Shown piece after piece: positions 28,283 to 38,728 of a stretch of 64,000 nt of DNA (position 1 is its first letter; every line of letters starts with the position of its first letter). The notes beneath the pieces are model-generated. The model was given only the letters and a program-made list of their open reading frames with translations, was not told the origin of the DNA and did no database searches. Source of the DNA: an uncultured Gammaproteobacteria bacterium (GTDB taxonomy: Bacteria; Patescibacteriota; Patescibacteriia; UBA9934). Position numbers and translations under genes: made by a program. The stretch lies in assembly GCA_964414795.1 (NCBI GenBank), contig CAYPWV010000002.1:5057-69056 (forward strand). Reading direction: 5' to 3'.

Positions 28283-29749
28283 TTAGCCTATTGCTTCAGT
28301 AAACTTCCGATAGATCGCAATCATAGCGTAAGTATCGAGTCCACAGTACGCGAGCATGTCCTTTTTGAGCTGTTCCTTTGCTTCTAGCGAGATCGTCGGA
28401 TCGGTAAGGGTTGCCCAGCTTGCAGATGCTGTGCCACCCTCGTGGATGGCGAGATTGTTATATGAAAGTTCGGGACACATGACTGGCAATACCTTCTTGA
28501 TCGATGCACTTCCACCGAATCTTGAATCAACGTAATGACCTTTCTTCACAATCATCATGAGGTCGTACATGCGGTCGTTGATACTCGCCATGAAGTCCGT
28601 GAACTCGGGCAAGTATTCGCCGATCTCGGCGTTGCGTGATGCCTCAAAACGAGCGTTCCAGACGATAACGCTTCCTGTATCTCCGATGTGATTTTTGAGG
28701 GAGGCGGCAACACCTTGAGCAGGATCGATCATCTCCTCGGTAATATATTCGTAATGCTCGGGTTCTGCATTTGGTTCGCGCACAACATGAACAGAATACT
28801 GAAACACCATTTGCTGATAGGGACGGTAGCTATCAAAAATCGGTACCGCAGGAAAGAACGTTTCGTAATCCAAAAAGTAGAGTGGGTGCTGAAGGCTATC
28901 GAGTTCGGACTTAATCGTTTCTTTATCGACGGAAAGTGTTGGTTCGACTTTTACTCCCGGAAGTTTGATATTCGGCAATTCAGCCATGACATCGGCAGGG
29001 ATCTGCTCGGGCTTCAAAAGCCCTCGTTCAAGGAATGCGACGAGCTTTTCCTTGGAAAGCGAGGTCGCGATCGAATAGATGTGATCGTTATTCAACTCCG
29101 AGAAATAACACGACAGGAATTCGCATTCGGCAGGATTTGTGCAAGAAGAAACGTGCGTGAGACTTGGTGCCTTGTCCCACTCGACCACTGCAAGAGCACG
29201 AGGGATCTCCTTCTTCACCATCGGCATGACCGTTTCTACTTCGTGCGTAATGTCTTTGATGGCAAAAAGCTCGCGAGGATCAATCTCACCACGCCTGACG
29301 TATTGATTGTTGACGTGAACAAGAAACGTTTGCGCGACCCGTATTCCGGACTCCTCAAGACAGATGCGTTGAAACGCCACGTCGATGACGTGCTCCTCTT
29401 TAACGTCCGTCGAGCTTTTTACTTCGTAGATATTCCACGAACCATCGACATTCTTTGTGAGAATGTCGGAGCGGCAGGAAATCTTGCTCGTCATGAACGT
29501 TGGTTGGAGCAATGCCGTCGCCCCAGTTGCAATGGCTTTTTTAGTATTGATCGCCGCAGGCATTCCGAATCCATCAACGTTCACCGCATCGGGAAACAAC
29601 TTCTGTGCCCAACGGTCGACAACATTTCCCTCATCGAAAATTCGCTGAAGTGCGGGATCGGTCGGGGGAAATAAATCTGGTCGCTGCTTTGCAAGCCAAA
29701 GCTCACACGTGCAGCGAAGGAATTGCATGAAGTTGGACTTGGAGAGCAT
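28283..29749 (-). CDS. RecB/Cas4-like PD-(D/E)xK nuclease with C-terminal DUF2779-like (RNase H-like) domain
   Basis: N-terminal 'LSKSNFMQFLRCTCELWL' (RecB-family start). 'YEVKSS...QRI'. C-terminal 'YFLDYETF' DxE and 'CGLDTYAM'. Confidence 0.55.
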   Translation of the reverse strand: MLSKSNFMQFLRCTCELWLAKQRPDLFPPTDPALQRIFDEGNVVDRWAQKLFPDAVNVDGFGMPAAINTKKAIATGATALLQPTFMTSKISCRSDILTKNVDGSWNIYEVKSSTDVKEEHVIDVAFQRICLEESGIRVAQTFLVHVNNQYVRRGEIDPRELFAIKDITHEVETVMPMVKKEIPRALAVVEWDKAPSLTHVSSCTNPAECEFLSCYFSELNNDHIYSIATSLSKEKLVAFLERGLLKPEQIPADVMAELPNIKLPGVKVEPTLSVDKETIKSELDSLQHPLYFLDYETFFPAVPIFDSYRPYQQMVFQYSVHVVREPNAEPEHYEYITEEMIDPAQGVAASLKNHIGDTGSVIVWNARFEASRNAEIGEYLPEFTDFMASINDRMYDLMMIVKKGHYVDSRFGGSASIKKVLPVMCPELSYNNLAIHEGGTASASWATLTDPTISLEAKEQLKKDMLAYCGLDTYAMIAIYRKFTEAIG

Positions 29750-29754
29750 AGGCG

Positions 29755-31899
29755 TTATTCTGTTTCTTTCAGTATGGAAGCAACAAGGGCTTTATATTCT
29801 TCAGGAATGACGTAATTGTCTTTCGGCGCGCCTGGGCGTACGTCAGCAGAAAAGCGCACGATTTGCCTGAGGTGGTCATTCTCTTTTTTGGTAAGGAACT
29901 GGGAAATATTGCTCATAAGATGACCAGTGCGTGTCTGCGTATCTCCAAGACCAGCGGCAAATAGCGCATCACGCAGTGCCTCGCGCTCCATTGGCTCGGT
30001 TTCTTTTACGAGTACCGAAAGGAGGGTGCGGAAATAGCCATTCACCTTTCCGTCTTCCTGCAATGTCGTATGCAGACGTTCGCGCAATTCGTTATCCTCA
30101 TACGCGCCGACCGCATACGAGAGGCTCGGGTGGTCGAAGCTCTCCTTGCGAGCCGTGAGCCGCGATTGAACGTCATCAAGATTGATTTTCCAAGCATGAA
30201 GAAGTGCGCGAAGCATTTCTTCGGTGCGTGTTTGAATGACTTCCGGTGTCCATGCTTCGTACCGCTTGAGATCGGTCGTCATGGCAAAGGCGGAAGTTCC
30301 GTCATTCAAAGTTTGACCGGTATAGATTGCGATCTTTTCCGCGAATGGTTTATTGGAAGCGGATTGATTTTTTGAGGTGTTTTTCTCCTCGGTACTCCCA
30401 ATAAGAAGCGTGAGGTTTCCAAGAGTATTCACGAGTTCGTGCTGTTCCGTGGAACTAAAACGCTTCTCCCATTCCGGCGAAGTCATTGTTTGCGGAAGAA
30501 TATGTTCGATCTGTACGGTCTTGTCGAAATGAATCTCGCGAGCCATCGACGCGTCAGTAAGCGCATATTCAAATTTTGCGAGCGCATAGCGGCACCAGCT
30601 TGCGTTGTAGCAATCGCCGCGAAGATTGGTAACTGCTCGCTCAATAGCCTGAAAGCGATCGAGGTACTGTTCGCAAACGACCGCGATACTTTCCACGGAT
30701 TTTTTCTGGAGAATGTATTCGCGAATAATGAGCATGGCGGGGTCGCGCAAAATCGTTGAGGCATCTCCGGCAACGCGAGACAGCGCGAACAAACGCTCAA
30801 TATGGAACGTCAGCGATTCGAGGGACGGCTTGTCGTATCCCATGCGGACGGCCGCAATGAGAATCGCTTGCCAATATCGATTTCCGCCGTGTTTTAAAAG
30901 ACGAATATTGTTCCGCGCCGACGGCGCGAGCGTATCAAAAACAGAGCCTTGCGTGAGCGACGTATACGCGTCAACGGTCTTGAGCCAATCGTGCAGAAAT
31001 TCGATAGCATCGAGCTTGGCGTCGAGAATGAGATTGGTAATCTCCTTGAAAAGATCGCGCTTCGTGCGCTGTCCCGTCACCGCCTCGCGGTGGAGTATGA
31101 GCGACTCGTCCATGTCGAGTTCCGCATCCTCGGCGCGTTGCCACAAAGAAAGAAACGTTCCCGACTCTCTTTGGAAAAGCGTTTGTACGCGTACCTCGTC
31201 CGCCTCACGTCCCTTCAATTCCTGAAAAAGCGCGTTGAGAAGATAGTTCTTTAGCAGATCCTTCGCGGCAAGTTCCTGCCCGCGATAGTTGATACGTTCA
31301 AAAATGGTGTAGGCGGCGTTCAAGTCGGCAGTGACGATAAGAACGACCGAGACGCGATCAAGAACATAGGAGAGCAGATCAGAGAGGCTTCCTGCGTCTG
31401 CGACGAACGCGGCAAGACGATCACGGAATAACGTCCGCGCAATTGAAAACGATTCTGGTAGGCGTTCGAGATCTTGGGAGACTTCAGGATTCTCCTTCAG
31501 GAAGGCGTGCTCGTAGGCGGTTCGATCCTGCTGTCGCGTTACGAGCGTCGGCAGGCTTCCGCGATGAAGAAGCGTCGATTGAATTTCTGTCGCGACCACG
31601 TTCCCATCCTTTGCGAGCAGATCTCGCATGACCGAGAGAAAAATGCTGGTCGTTGTAAATCGTTGCTGACCGTCAACGATATCGAACTCGCGACCTTTGT
31701 CCTTCTCAATCAAAATGAATGAGCCAAGGAAATATTCCGCGTGTTGGCGACGATACGCATCGAGAACGTCGTCGATATATTCCTCTATCTCTTTCTTGCC
31801 CCAAGAATACGGACGCTGATAGTCCGGAATCACGTAGGTATGTTGTTGGTTGCGAAACAATTCGCCGAGCGTTCGTTGTTCAAGATTCGTTATCTTCAT
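29755..31899 (-). CDS. GmrSD/BrxU-like DUF262 + DUF1524 (His-Me finger) modification-dependent nuclease
   Basis: 'YVIPDYQRPYSW' and 'DIVDGQQRFTT' (DUF262/ParB-like NTPase). C-terminal 'VQIEHILPQ' (DUF1524 HNH-like). Confidence 0.8.
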   Translation of the reverse strand: MKITNLEQRTLGELFRNQQHTYVIPDYQRPYSWGKKEIEEYIDDVLDAYRRQHAEYFLGSFILIEKDKGREFDIVDGQQRFTTTSIFLSVMRDLLAKDGNVVATEIQSTLLHRGSLPTLVTRQQDRTAYEHAFLKENPEVSQDLERLPESFSIARTLFRDRLAAFVADAGSLSDLLSYVLDRVSVVLIVTADLNAAYTIFERINYRGQELAAKDLLKNYLLNALFQELKGREADEVRVQTLFQRESGTFLSLWQRAEDAELDMDESLILHREAVTGQRTKRDLFKEITNLILDAKLDAIEFLHDWLKTVDAYTSLTQGSVFDTLAPSARNNIRLLKHGGNRYWQAILIAAVRMGYDKPSLESLTFHIERLFALSRVAGDASTILRDPAMLIIREYILQKKSVESIAVVCEQYLDRFQAIERAVTNLRGDCYNASWCRYALAKFEYALTDASMAREIHFDKTVQIEHILPQTMTSPEWEKRFSSTEQHELVNTLGNLTLLIGSTEEKNTSKNQSASNKPFAEKIAIYTGQTLNDGTSAFAMTTDLKRYEAWTPEVIQTRTEEMLRALLHAWKINLDDVQSRLTARKESFDHPSLSYAVGAYEDNELRERLHTTLQEDGKVNGYFRTLLSVLVKETEPMEREALRDALFAAGLGDTQTRTGHLMSNISQFLTKKENDHLRQIVRFSADVRPGAPKDNYVIPEEYKALVASILKETE

Positions 31900-34800
31900 A
31901 TTTGCAAAGGCGTAGCTGACTGTCCCGAACCCTCTATAATCCGTTTTTCTTTATCCGTGATTCCGTAAAGATTGAATATCTTTTCATTGATTTCATTCTC
32001 TAAGCCATGTGCCACATCAGAGCTTCCATGATCTTTTCTCAAATCAGTAAGCCGATCAACTAATGAGATCAATTCGGACTCATCTTTGTCATTAGGAACT
32101 ACAACTGGAAGAATTTCAATTTTATATTTCTTCCATCGGTTCGTCCCCATTCCAGAAGTAGTGGAAATTTGCTCAAAATACCATTTACCCAAAGCCGAAT
32201 TGAGAACTGCTACTAAGAATTTAAGATGTTCGCCGGTGAGAATAAAGAGGGTTGCTTCAGCAAAATACCCTTGATCGTCGAAAGCAAATTTTGGCTCATC
32301 GGAAAGCTCCCCCCAAATTATTTTTGGACGAACAAAATCATCGTAGTAATCGCACGAACGCAATTCCCACCAGTATTTTCCCTGATCCTCACGGTCGTAT
32401 AACCCCTTTCCCTTTGCTTTAACCGTAGCACCAATATGTTGCAAATAGCTATAAATAGAGGGGTGCTGCGTCTTGAAAAATTCTTCGGGATTCATATCTC
32501 CTCGGTGTAAATCAGTCCATCCAGATGGAATGACAAACATCCACTCATCACCGAACTCATAAAAGAACTTTTGAACGTTTCTTCCTCTCAATATAGGTTT
32601 AATCAATTCTGCAGATTGAGGATTTTCTCTAACTATTTCTTCACGTACAGTTCCGCCAAAAATAAATGCCTGATTATATCCTGTTTTAATGCCGAAGTTT
32701 ATTCTTATTCCAAGTTCTTTTACTGGCTTGCCGATGTCATCTATTTTTTGTTTGAGATTTTGTGAATCTTCGTTGCCGACAAGCCATCCGTTCTGCTCAT
32801 CAAGCTTCTCAATGTTGACTGAGTTTTTTTCTACGAAATTTGCTAGCGATGTTCGTTCGTGTTGCTCACTTGTTAGCACGGCACCTGTTAGTTTCCCTTG
32901 CCATGAACCCTTGCGAGCAAAAAAGATGCAGGCTTCGACAGTGGCCGCTTCAAAAACTTGTGCATTCTCGATGTTAATTAGAATAAATGGGTCGGCTTTT
33001 GTAACCAGGAATTTACGCAATGATTTTCCGTAAAGAGTTCTTAGCCATGAATTTGAAGTGATATAAGAAATGATTCCACCCTTGGAAAGAAGATTGGCAC
33101 CACGTTCATAAAAAAGACAGTATAGATCCCCTCGTTTCTCATACGTTGAGTAAACGCTTGCATAACTTGCACGCTGTACCTCAGATATCTTCATTTTTTG
33201 AAGCTGGACGTAGGGCGGATTACCAATAACCACTCCAAATCCATTTTCAATTCCAAACATTATTTGTGGATCAAAAAATGTAGCCGTATTTTCAGCATTA
33301 AATGGCTGATAGGTTTTTAGTTGCTTTTCTCTATCCGAAGAGAACATTCCGTCCATTCCGTTTTTTCCTTTAACGAGGGTTTCAAATTTTTCCCGTAATT
33401 CCTGCTTTCGGGAATGCTTTCTTGCTCGGAAATATTCGTCACGAATTTCTATGAGCTGATCTTCTTTGAGTGTGTCGTAAAGTCCTTCAGCATGGTCAAG
33501 TGGCATCAATGAATTCGCGCAGACGAACTTGAAATCAAGGTTTGGCAATGGCTCAATACGACCATCTGATACATCCTCATCAACGATGATTGAAAGCCAA
33601 GCACGAAGACGGGCGATCTCTACCGCCATCGGCTCAATATCAACGCCAAAAATGTTATTTTTGATAATCGTTAGTTTTTTCTTGTAGGGATCATAATCGC
33701 TTTCCAAGCGATCGTATGTTTCCAGGAGAAGCTGGAGCATGCCCATTGGAAAAGCACCCGATCCACAAGCTGGGTCGAGCACCGTAAGCTCTTCTAGAGC
33801 TTCGAGAATGTCGTGCTTATACGGTTTAAGGTCTCCCCGATAATTCCGTTGCTGATCCCGGAACTCATGTGGTTTTTTATCAAGTAACTTTGCAAGTTGT
33901 TCGTCACGATCCGTCGTTTCAGGAATCCTAGATCGGAGATATTCTCGTAAACTCTCCTTACACATGTAATCAACGATCTCCCGGGGGGTGTAGAATGCAC
34001 CCTTCGCCTTGCGAGCCTGTTCTCCGGTTTCTTCGATCTGTTCCGCGAGCAAATTTTCAAAAATACGACCCAACATTTCAGGATCAATTGCTACCTGCTG
34101 AAACGTACTTGAGGACTCATCGGTCGTAAAGTTATAGCGGCGAAGAAATTCGTAGAGACGATCAAAATAATCTGCCGGAAAAGAAACGCGGACATCACCC
34201 TCATGGTCGCCAGTTTTTGCCTCGAACAAACCTCCGTTGAGAAATGGAGTTTTTATATCCAGTCCACTGATACGTTCGTCAACTGGTGTGTTAAGAATTC
34301 TGAAAAATAATGTTTCGAGTTTTGTGCGATAATGTTCAGATGCGGCTAAACCATTTGTTTGAAAGTAATTAACTTCTGTATTTAGAATTCCTTTTTTATC
34401 AATGAACCAACAGAAGATGATGCGACCAATAAGACGGTTTACGAATAAAGCCGCCGAATGATCATCAAACAGGTCTTTTGATTTTGAAAGGAGATGTTGT
34501 TTGAGCTCTGTAAAGAATGAGCTGATCGTCTTGTAAAAGACTTTATTTATTGCCTCAAAGTTAAAGCTATCCCAAAGTATTTGATGGAGTTGCGCTTTGT
34601 TCGAAAAATTAAAAGGCTGAGTCCATTTTGAAAAAATCTCGGAAGCAGTTGGAGAAAGACGGTCGCGCAACTCGATAACACGTAAAGCATGTTCTTTGCT
34701 TAAGACAACGAAAACCCGATCAGCTTTTTCTGGAATGACGAAATCTATACCAACATTTTCTGATGCAAGCCAGGGCGCATCTTCGAAGTTAGGTGTAATC

Positions 34801-35132
34801 GCTGTCACCCAATGAATGACGGATTTATTCGTGTTCTGTACCCAGTAAGTTTTAAAGTCGAGTTTTCGATCATTTCCCTTAGCCACTTCGTAGACTGCCC
34901 GTCGGTCAGCATAACCATCGGCGGGCATGAACCAGTGACCATTCGAGCGAATTTTTCCCGCTGAATCGCTAAATAACCTCCAGCCGTCAGGTTCGCCCGA
35001 AACACCAAGAAGAGCGATGACAGCGTTAATCACCGCCTGCGTTCCTTGGAAGGAATGATTTGCAGCAAGCGAGTGTAGGGCATTATCGATCTGCCGAAGT
35101 AGCTGATTGGGGTTATTCGTTTGTTCTGGCAT
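31896..35132 (-). CDS. MmeI/PglX-like (type IIG/IIL-like) gamma-class N6-adenine DNA methyltransferase, 1078 aa
   Basis: 'FLNGGLFE' motif. 'GAFYTPREIVDYM' (motif X). 'LDPACGSGAFP' (motif I). 'GNPPYVQ' (motif IV). Long C-terminal TRD-like region. ATGA overlap with the downstream gene. Confidence 0.8.
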   Translation of the reverse strand: MPEQTNNPNQLLRQIDNALHSLAANHSFQGTQAVINAVIALLGVSGEPDGWRLFSDSAGKIRSNGHWFMPADGYADRRAVYEVAKGNDRKLDFKTYWVQNTNKSVIHWVTAITPNFEDAPWLASENVGIDFVIPEKADRVFVVLSKEHALRVIELRDRLSPTASEIFSKWTQPFNFSNKAQLHQILWDSFNFEAINKVFYKTISSFFTELKQHLLSKSKDLFDDHSAALFVNRLIGRIIFCWFIDKKGILNTEVNYFQTNGLAASEHYRTKLETLFFRILNTPVDERISGLDIKTPFLNGGLFEAKTGDHEGDVRVSFPADYFDRLYEFLRRYNFTTDESSSTFQQVAIDPEMLGRIFENLLAEQIEETGEQARKAKGAFYTPREIVDYMCKESLREYLRSRIPETTDRDEQLAKLLDKKPHEFRDQQRNYRGDLKPYKHDILEALEELTVLDPACGSGAFPMGMLQLLLETYDRLESDYDPYKKKLTIIKNNIFGVDIEPMAVEIARLRAWLSIIVDEDVSDGRIEPLPNLDFKFVCANSLMPLDHAEGLYDTLKEDQLIEIRDEYFRARKHSRKQELREKFETLVKGKNGMDGMFSSDREKQLKTYQPFNAENTATFFDPQIMFGIENGFGVVIGNPPYVQLQKMKISEVQRASYASVYSTYEKRGDLYCLFYERGANLLSKGGIISYITSNSWLRTLYGKSLRKFLVTKADPFILINIENAQVFEAATVEACIFFARKGSWQGKLTGAVLTSEQHERTSLANFVEKNSVNIEKLDEQNGWLVGNEDSQNLKQKIDDIGKPVKELGIRINFGIKTGYNQAFIFGGTVREEIVRENPQSAELIKPILRGRNVQKFFYEFGDEWMFVIPSGWTDLHRGDMNPEEFFKTQHPSIYSYLQHIGATVKAKGKGLYDREDQGKYWWELRSCDYYDDFVRPKIIWGELSDEPKFAFDDQGYFAEATLFILTGEHLKFLVAVLNSALGKWYFEQISTTSGMGTNRWKKYKIEILPVVVPNDKDESELISLVDRLTDLRKDHGSSDVAHGLENEINEKIFNLYGITDKEKRIIEGSGQSATPLQI

Positions 35133-38100
35133 ACATCAGAAGCGGTTCCGCCCCGTTAGGCCGCTCAACACGGTCAATATTACGTTGAAGTGTTCGGGCA
35201 ATATCAAGAATCGTTTGAACGTCTTGTAGGACCGAACCATTTTCATTCTTTGTTTTTACAATACGACGCACACACTTTTTCATATCTTCACGAGCAAGGA
35301 CATTCTTCGTACCAAATGCCATTCGTACAACATCAAGATCGTCTTGCGAAAAATGAAGTTCGTACATGATCCGAAGAACGTCTCCTTGTTGTCCAACAGG
35401 AGCGATGACCACTTCGTCATCATGATAAGCCTCTGCGGCTTCCTTCGCGCGGGCTAAGAGATTAACCCGATCAGCACTGATGTGATCAGCTTGACGTTCA
35501 TTGCTCCGTTGAATTGTTGAACGAAGCCATTCAAGAGCCTGTAGTTGAGGCACGTGGTGCATTTCGCGTCCATCTCTATTCATGGCTACAAAAGCATAGC
35601 CAAGGGTAACTTCAGAAGAGCTTTGAAGAGAAACGAGTGAGAGGATATCGGGGCGTTCGTCACCGCGAGATGTCGCGGTCGGCATCACCCCCCATTTCCT
35701 TTTTGGAATATTGTATATTTCCGCCTTCTGTTCTGGTGTGTGATTTGGATCGTGATGGAATCTCTTCAAGTCTGAAACAAACTCATCTTCGGCGAGCAAG
35801 AAATCAGCTTCGCCCTCAGCATTTTGAATCGCTTCCATGCGCGCCTCGACATCACTACTGTAAACGTCCTTCCAAGAATCAACGAACTCTATCGGATTCG
35901 CTTTTTCATCGAGCACTGGAGTGTCCGTACCGATAGTGTTACGAATGAGATCGATCTTTCGTTCAAGGCGTGCGACCAAACGCAGATATTCGTCCAATTG
36001 TCCCTCTGGAGAAATGTTATAAATGTAGACATCCTTGAATGATGTTCCAAGACGATTCACTCGACCGTTTCTCTGGATCATACGAACGGGATTCCAGTGA
36101 AGGTCATAGTTCACAAGAATGCCGCAGTCTTGAAGATTCTGTCCTTCTGACAAGATATCGGTCGAAAAAAGATAGGATAATTCTTTTTCTCCATCCTTCA
36201 GTGCGTGTTGTTTGGAGACAGGAGAGAATCGACCCGCAAGCGATTCTGCATCCTCTCGATTATTTGAAGATAAAAATGCAGCGTTATCTTTATTTACGAC
36301 ATTCGTACGCGTTTCAACCACTTCACGCAGATAATTAATCGTGTCAGCGTAATAGGAGAAAATAAGGACTTTTTTACCAGCTGGTTGACGCTTTGCAAGA
36401 TCCTCAATGAGACCAATAAAAGTCTTGAGTTTTGAGTCGTCTTCGTGAAGGACGACTAATTGCTGACGAAGCAAATCAATTAACTCACGTTCCTTTGCAA
36501 CGTCGGCTTTGAGCGCATTGACTACGTAATTATTTTCATCGATTGTGTCGTGAATGAATTCCTCAGGCATTTCAACTTCTTCCGCATCTTTATCCTCAAC
36601 GTCACCAAGGATTTCGTCGATTTCATCAATGTTCGTTAACGTAATAATTTTCCCTTGGCGTAACCCACGCTCAAAGATCTCGAGCTTGTGATCGTAAGTC
36701 TCCAGCGATGAATGAATTGCGCTGACCGAAGATTCGAGACGTTTCAGGAACATCGTACGGAGAATGCCGTAGATACTAAGCTGAGAGAACAAACTGTTTC
36801 GTTCATCGCTCGAAAGCTTCATTTCCTTAATTTCTTCGCGGGTCTTTCCGTAAAATTTTGTTTGATACATCTGCCAACGGTAGGGCAAGAAACCGAGCAG
36901 AAGGATCGTACGATAAATTAAGGCGATGGGAGAAGTAACATCCGCTGTCTCACCTGAGGATTGCGCGTTACTTATCTGATCGATCGGATGTGTGAGCCGC
37001 TGAGTGGCATCAACGATATCGCTAATCGTCAAAGAGTACAGCGAGTCTAGATCGACCGAATCAGTGGTGATGTCTCGAATTCTTTTTGCAACCTCTTCGT
37101 TAAACCGGTATGTACGAACATCTGGAACGACTTTGGGGAATGTTTGTAGAACACCCTGATCATCTACAAGTCCACCGTATTCCTTCTCAATCCCTTGGCG
37201 TGTTCGACGGACAACGAACTCACGGAGGATCGGAGACATGGTTGCTCGAACATACCCGAAATCAATCGACTTTCCTTCCTCGGCATCTCGTTTAATTGAG
37301 CGTGCAAGATTTTCTACTGCCTGATTGAAGTCAACGATTGTGGTCTGCTTGTTCTTTTTATCTGGCACGGCAAAGCGTAGAAGACCTGCTTCTCCTCGGC
37401 ACGCAAGCAAGATTTGGTTGGTGATATCGGAGAGCTGGTTGTTAATTGGTGTGGCAGTCAAAAGCAAGACATGAGCTTTTGGATTCGCGCCAATCCATTC
37501 AGTGATTTGCTTGAAGCGTTTTCCGGAACGACTTTTAAGGTTATGCGATTCATCAATCACGAATAATCCAACGGCAGCAATTGAATCAAGACCTTGTCTG
37601 CGCTCAATCTCGCGAGGATTTTGCAACGTGATAGGCGTAGAGCCATCCATCCTTTGGGTCGCCATTTGTTTCTCCCATTGCACGGTAAGAGATTTCGGAC
37701 AAATAATCTCAACACGCAAGCCGGATTCTTTATACTGCTTAATGACCTCAATCGCCGTGATAGTTTTTCCTAATCCTACCGAGTCAGCTAGCATTGCAAC
37801 CTTATGCTTCCGTAACCGACGCATGAGGCCGTGAACGTTTTTCATTTGAAAATCGTGCAGGGTAAATGTTCCACGGGTGGTTTCCTTCAAATCTTCGTCT
37901 TCCAACTCCTCTTTATAAATTTCGTACAAAGTTTTGATGTACATCTCATATGGCGTAAAAAGCATGTCGCCATGTGAAGATTGGGAAATAATCGCGGTAA
38001 ACGATTGATCCCACGGAAGAGACTTATTCCAAAATTGGTCAAACCATGCGAGGTGACCGACCTCCTGATCTTCGACGCGTGGAGTGTAAGTAACGATACG

Positions 38101-38583
38101 ATGATCGGCTTCGAGTGCGTTGAGTTCGGTATTGGCGGTCAAGCCGTTCTTCGTGAAGTTAGATGAGCCAATAATGCCCACCGCTTCAGGGGATTCGTAG
38201 TTTCCAAAAATATAACACTTCGCGTGGAAGAATTCTTCTTTATAAACCCTAACTTCAAGTACGCCTTTTGCGATTAAATCTTTGATTGTAACGACGGACT
38301 CTCTAAAAGTTTCATTGTGTTCAAGACGTTCCAAGTCTGAGAAAAAATCCTTATCGGGAAAGTCGACCTCGGGTTTTTTTAATTGGTATCGGGGAATGAG
38401 AGGTTCGCGACCAATAAGCAAACGGATTTTCTTGCAGTCCTTTAGTTGGGGTAAAACAAGCGTTGTACCGGGGAGATCCCAATAGCCAGTAGCGATCGAG
38501 ATTTCTTCGTGTTTAGTGGCAAGCTCCTGAAATGCAGCAAGAAGTGACTGTCGGTGATTATCGATGATTCGAGAAGTTGCCAT
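35113..38583 (-). CDS. phospholipase-D-family nuclease domain fused to an SNF2-family helicase (~1156 aa)
   Basis: N-terminal HKD 'HAKCYIFG...GSSNFTKNG'. Helicase 'FVIDESHNLK', 'LLLTATPINN', 'NPVRMIQRNGRVNRLG'. Start at the internal ATG 38581-38583 (MATSRII); the ORF extends to 38634. Confidence 0.8.
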   Translation of the reverse strand: MATSRIIDNHRQSLLAAFQELATKHEEISIATGYWDLPGTTLVLPQLKDCKKIRLLIGREPLIPRYQLKKPEVDFPDKDFFSDLERLEHNETFRESVVTIKDLIAKGVLEVRVYKEEFFHAKCYIFGNYESPEAVGIIGSSNFTKNGLTANTELNALEADHRIVTYTPRVEDQEVGHLAWFDQFWNKSLPWDQSFTAIISQSSHGDMLFTPYEMYIKTLYEIYKEELEDEDLKETTRGTFTLHDFQMKNVHGLMRRLRKHKVAMLADSVGLGKTITAIEVIKQYKESGLRVEIICPKSLTVQWEKQMATQRMDGSTPITLQNPREIERRQGLDSIAAVGLFVIDESHNLKSRSGKRFKQITEWIGANPKAHVLLLTATPINNQLSDITNQILLACRGEAGLLRFAVPDKKNKQTTIVDFNQAVENLARSIKRDAEEGKSIDFGYVRATMSPILREFVVRRTRQGIEKEYGGLVDDQGVLQTFPKVVPDVRTYRFNEEVAKRIRDITTDSVDLDSLYSLTISDIVDATQRLTHPIDQISNAQSSGETADVTSPIALIYRTILLLGFLPYRWQMYQTKFYGKTREEIKEMKLSSDERNSLFSQLSIYGILRTMFLKRLESSVSAIHSSLETYDHKLEIFERGLRQGKIITLTNIDEIDEILGDVEDKDAEEVEMPEEFIHDTIDENNYVVNALKADVAKERELIDLLRQQLVVLHEDDSKLKTFIGLIEDLAKRQPAGKKVLIFSYYADTINYLREVVETRTNVVNKDNAAFLSSNNREDAESLAGRFSPVSKQHALKDGEKELSYLFSTDILSEGQNLQDCGILVNYDLHWNPVRMIQRNGRVNRLGTSFKDVYIYNISPEGQLDEYLRLVARLERKIDLIRNTIGTDTPVLDEKANPIEFVDSWKDVYSSDVEARMEAIQNAEGEADFLLAEDEFVSDLKRFHHDPNHTPEQKAEIYNIPKRKWGVMPTATSRGDERPDILSLVSLQSSSEVTLGYAFVAMNRDGREMHHVPQLQALEWLRSTIQRSNERQADHISADRVNLLARAKEAAEAYHDDEVVIAPVGQQGDVLRIMYELHFSQDDLDVVRMAFGTKNVLAREDMKKCVRRIVKTKNENGSVLQDVQTILDIARTLQRNIDRVERPNGAEPLLMYARTNE

Positions 38584-38707
38584 AGGAAAAATATTCCCTC
38601 GAATTTTATCAGAAAATGACCACAGGAGCAACATAATTGTTCATGCCCAGGAAAGTAGAATAATCTGACCTAATACTAGCAAATATTGGCGTTTTTTAAT
38701 CAATTAG

Positions 38708-38728
38708 TTACCTACAGCTTACCTACAG
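38708..38728. repeat. tandem direct repeat 'ttacctacag' x2 upstream of the recombinase gene
   Basis: 38708..38717 and 38719..38728 are identical 10-mers separated by 1 nt, about 60 nt upstream of the ATG. Confidence 0.5.

Noticed and set aside
28688-29674. 328-aa plus-strand ORF antisense to the RecB-like/DUF2779 gene
   Set aside because: It lies entirely inside a motif-supported minus-strand gene that is translationally coupled to its neighbours. The translation has no recognisable motifs.
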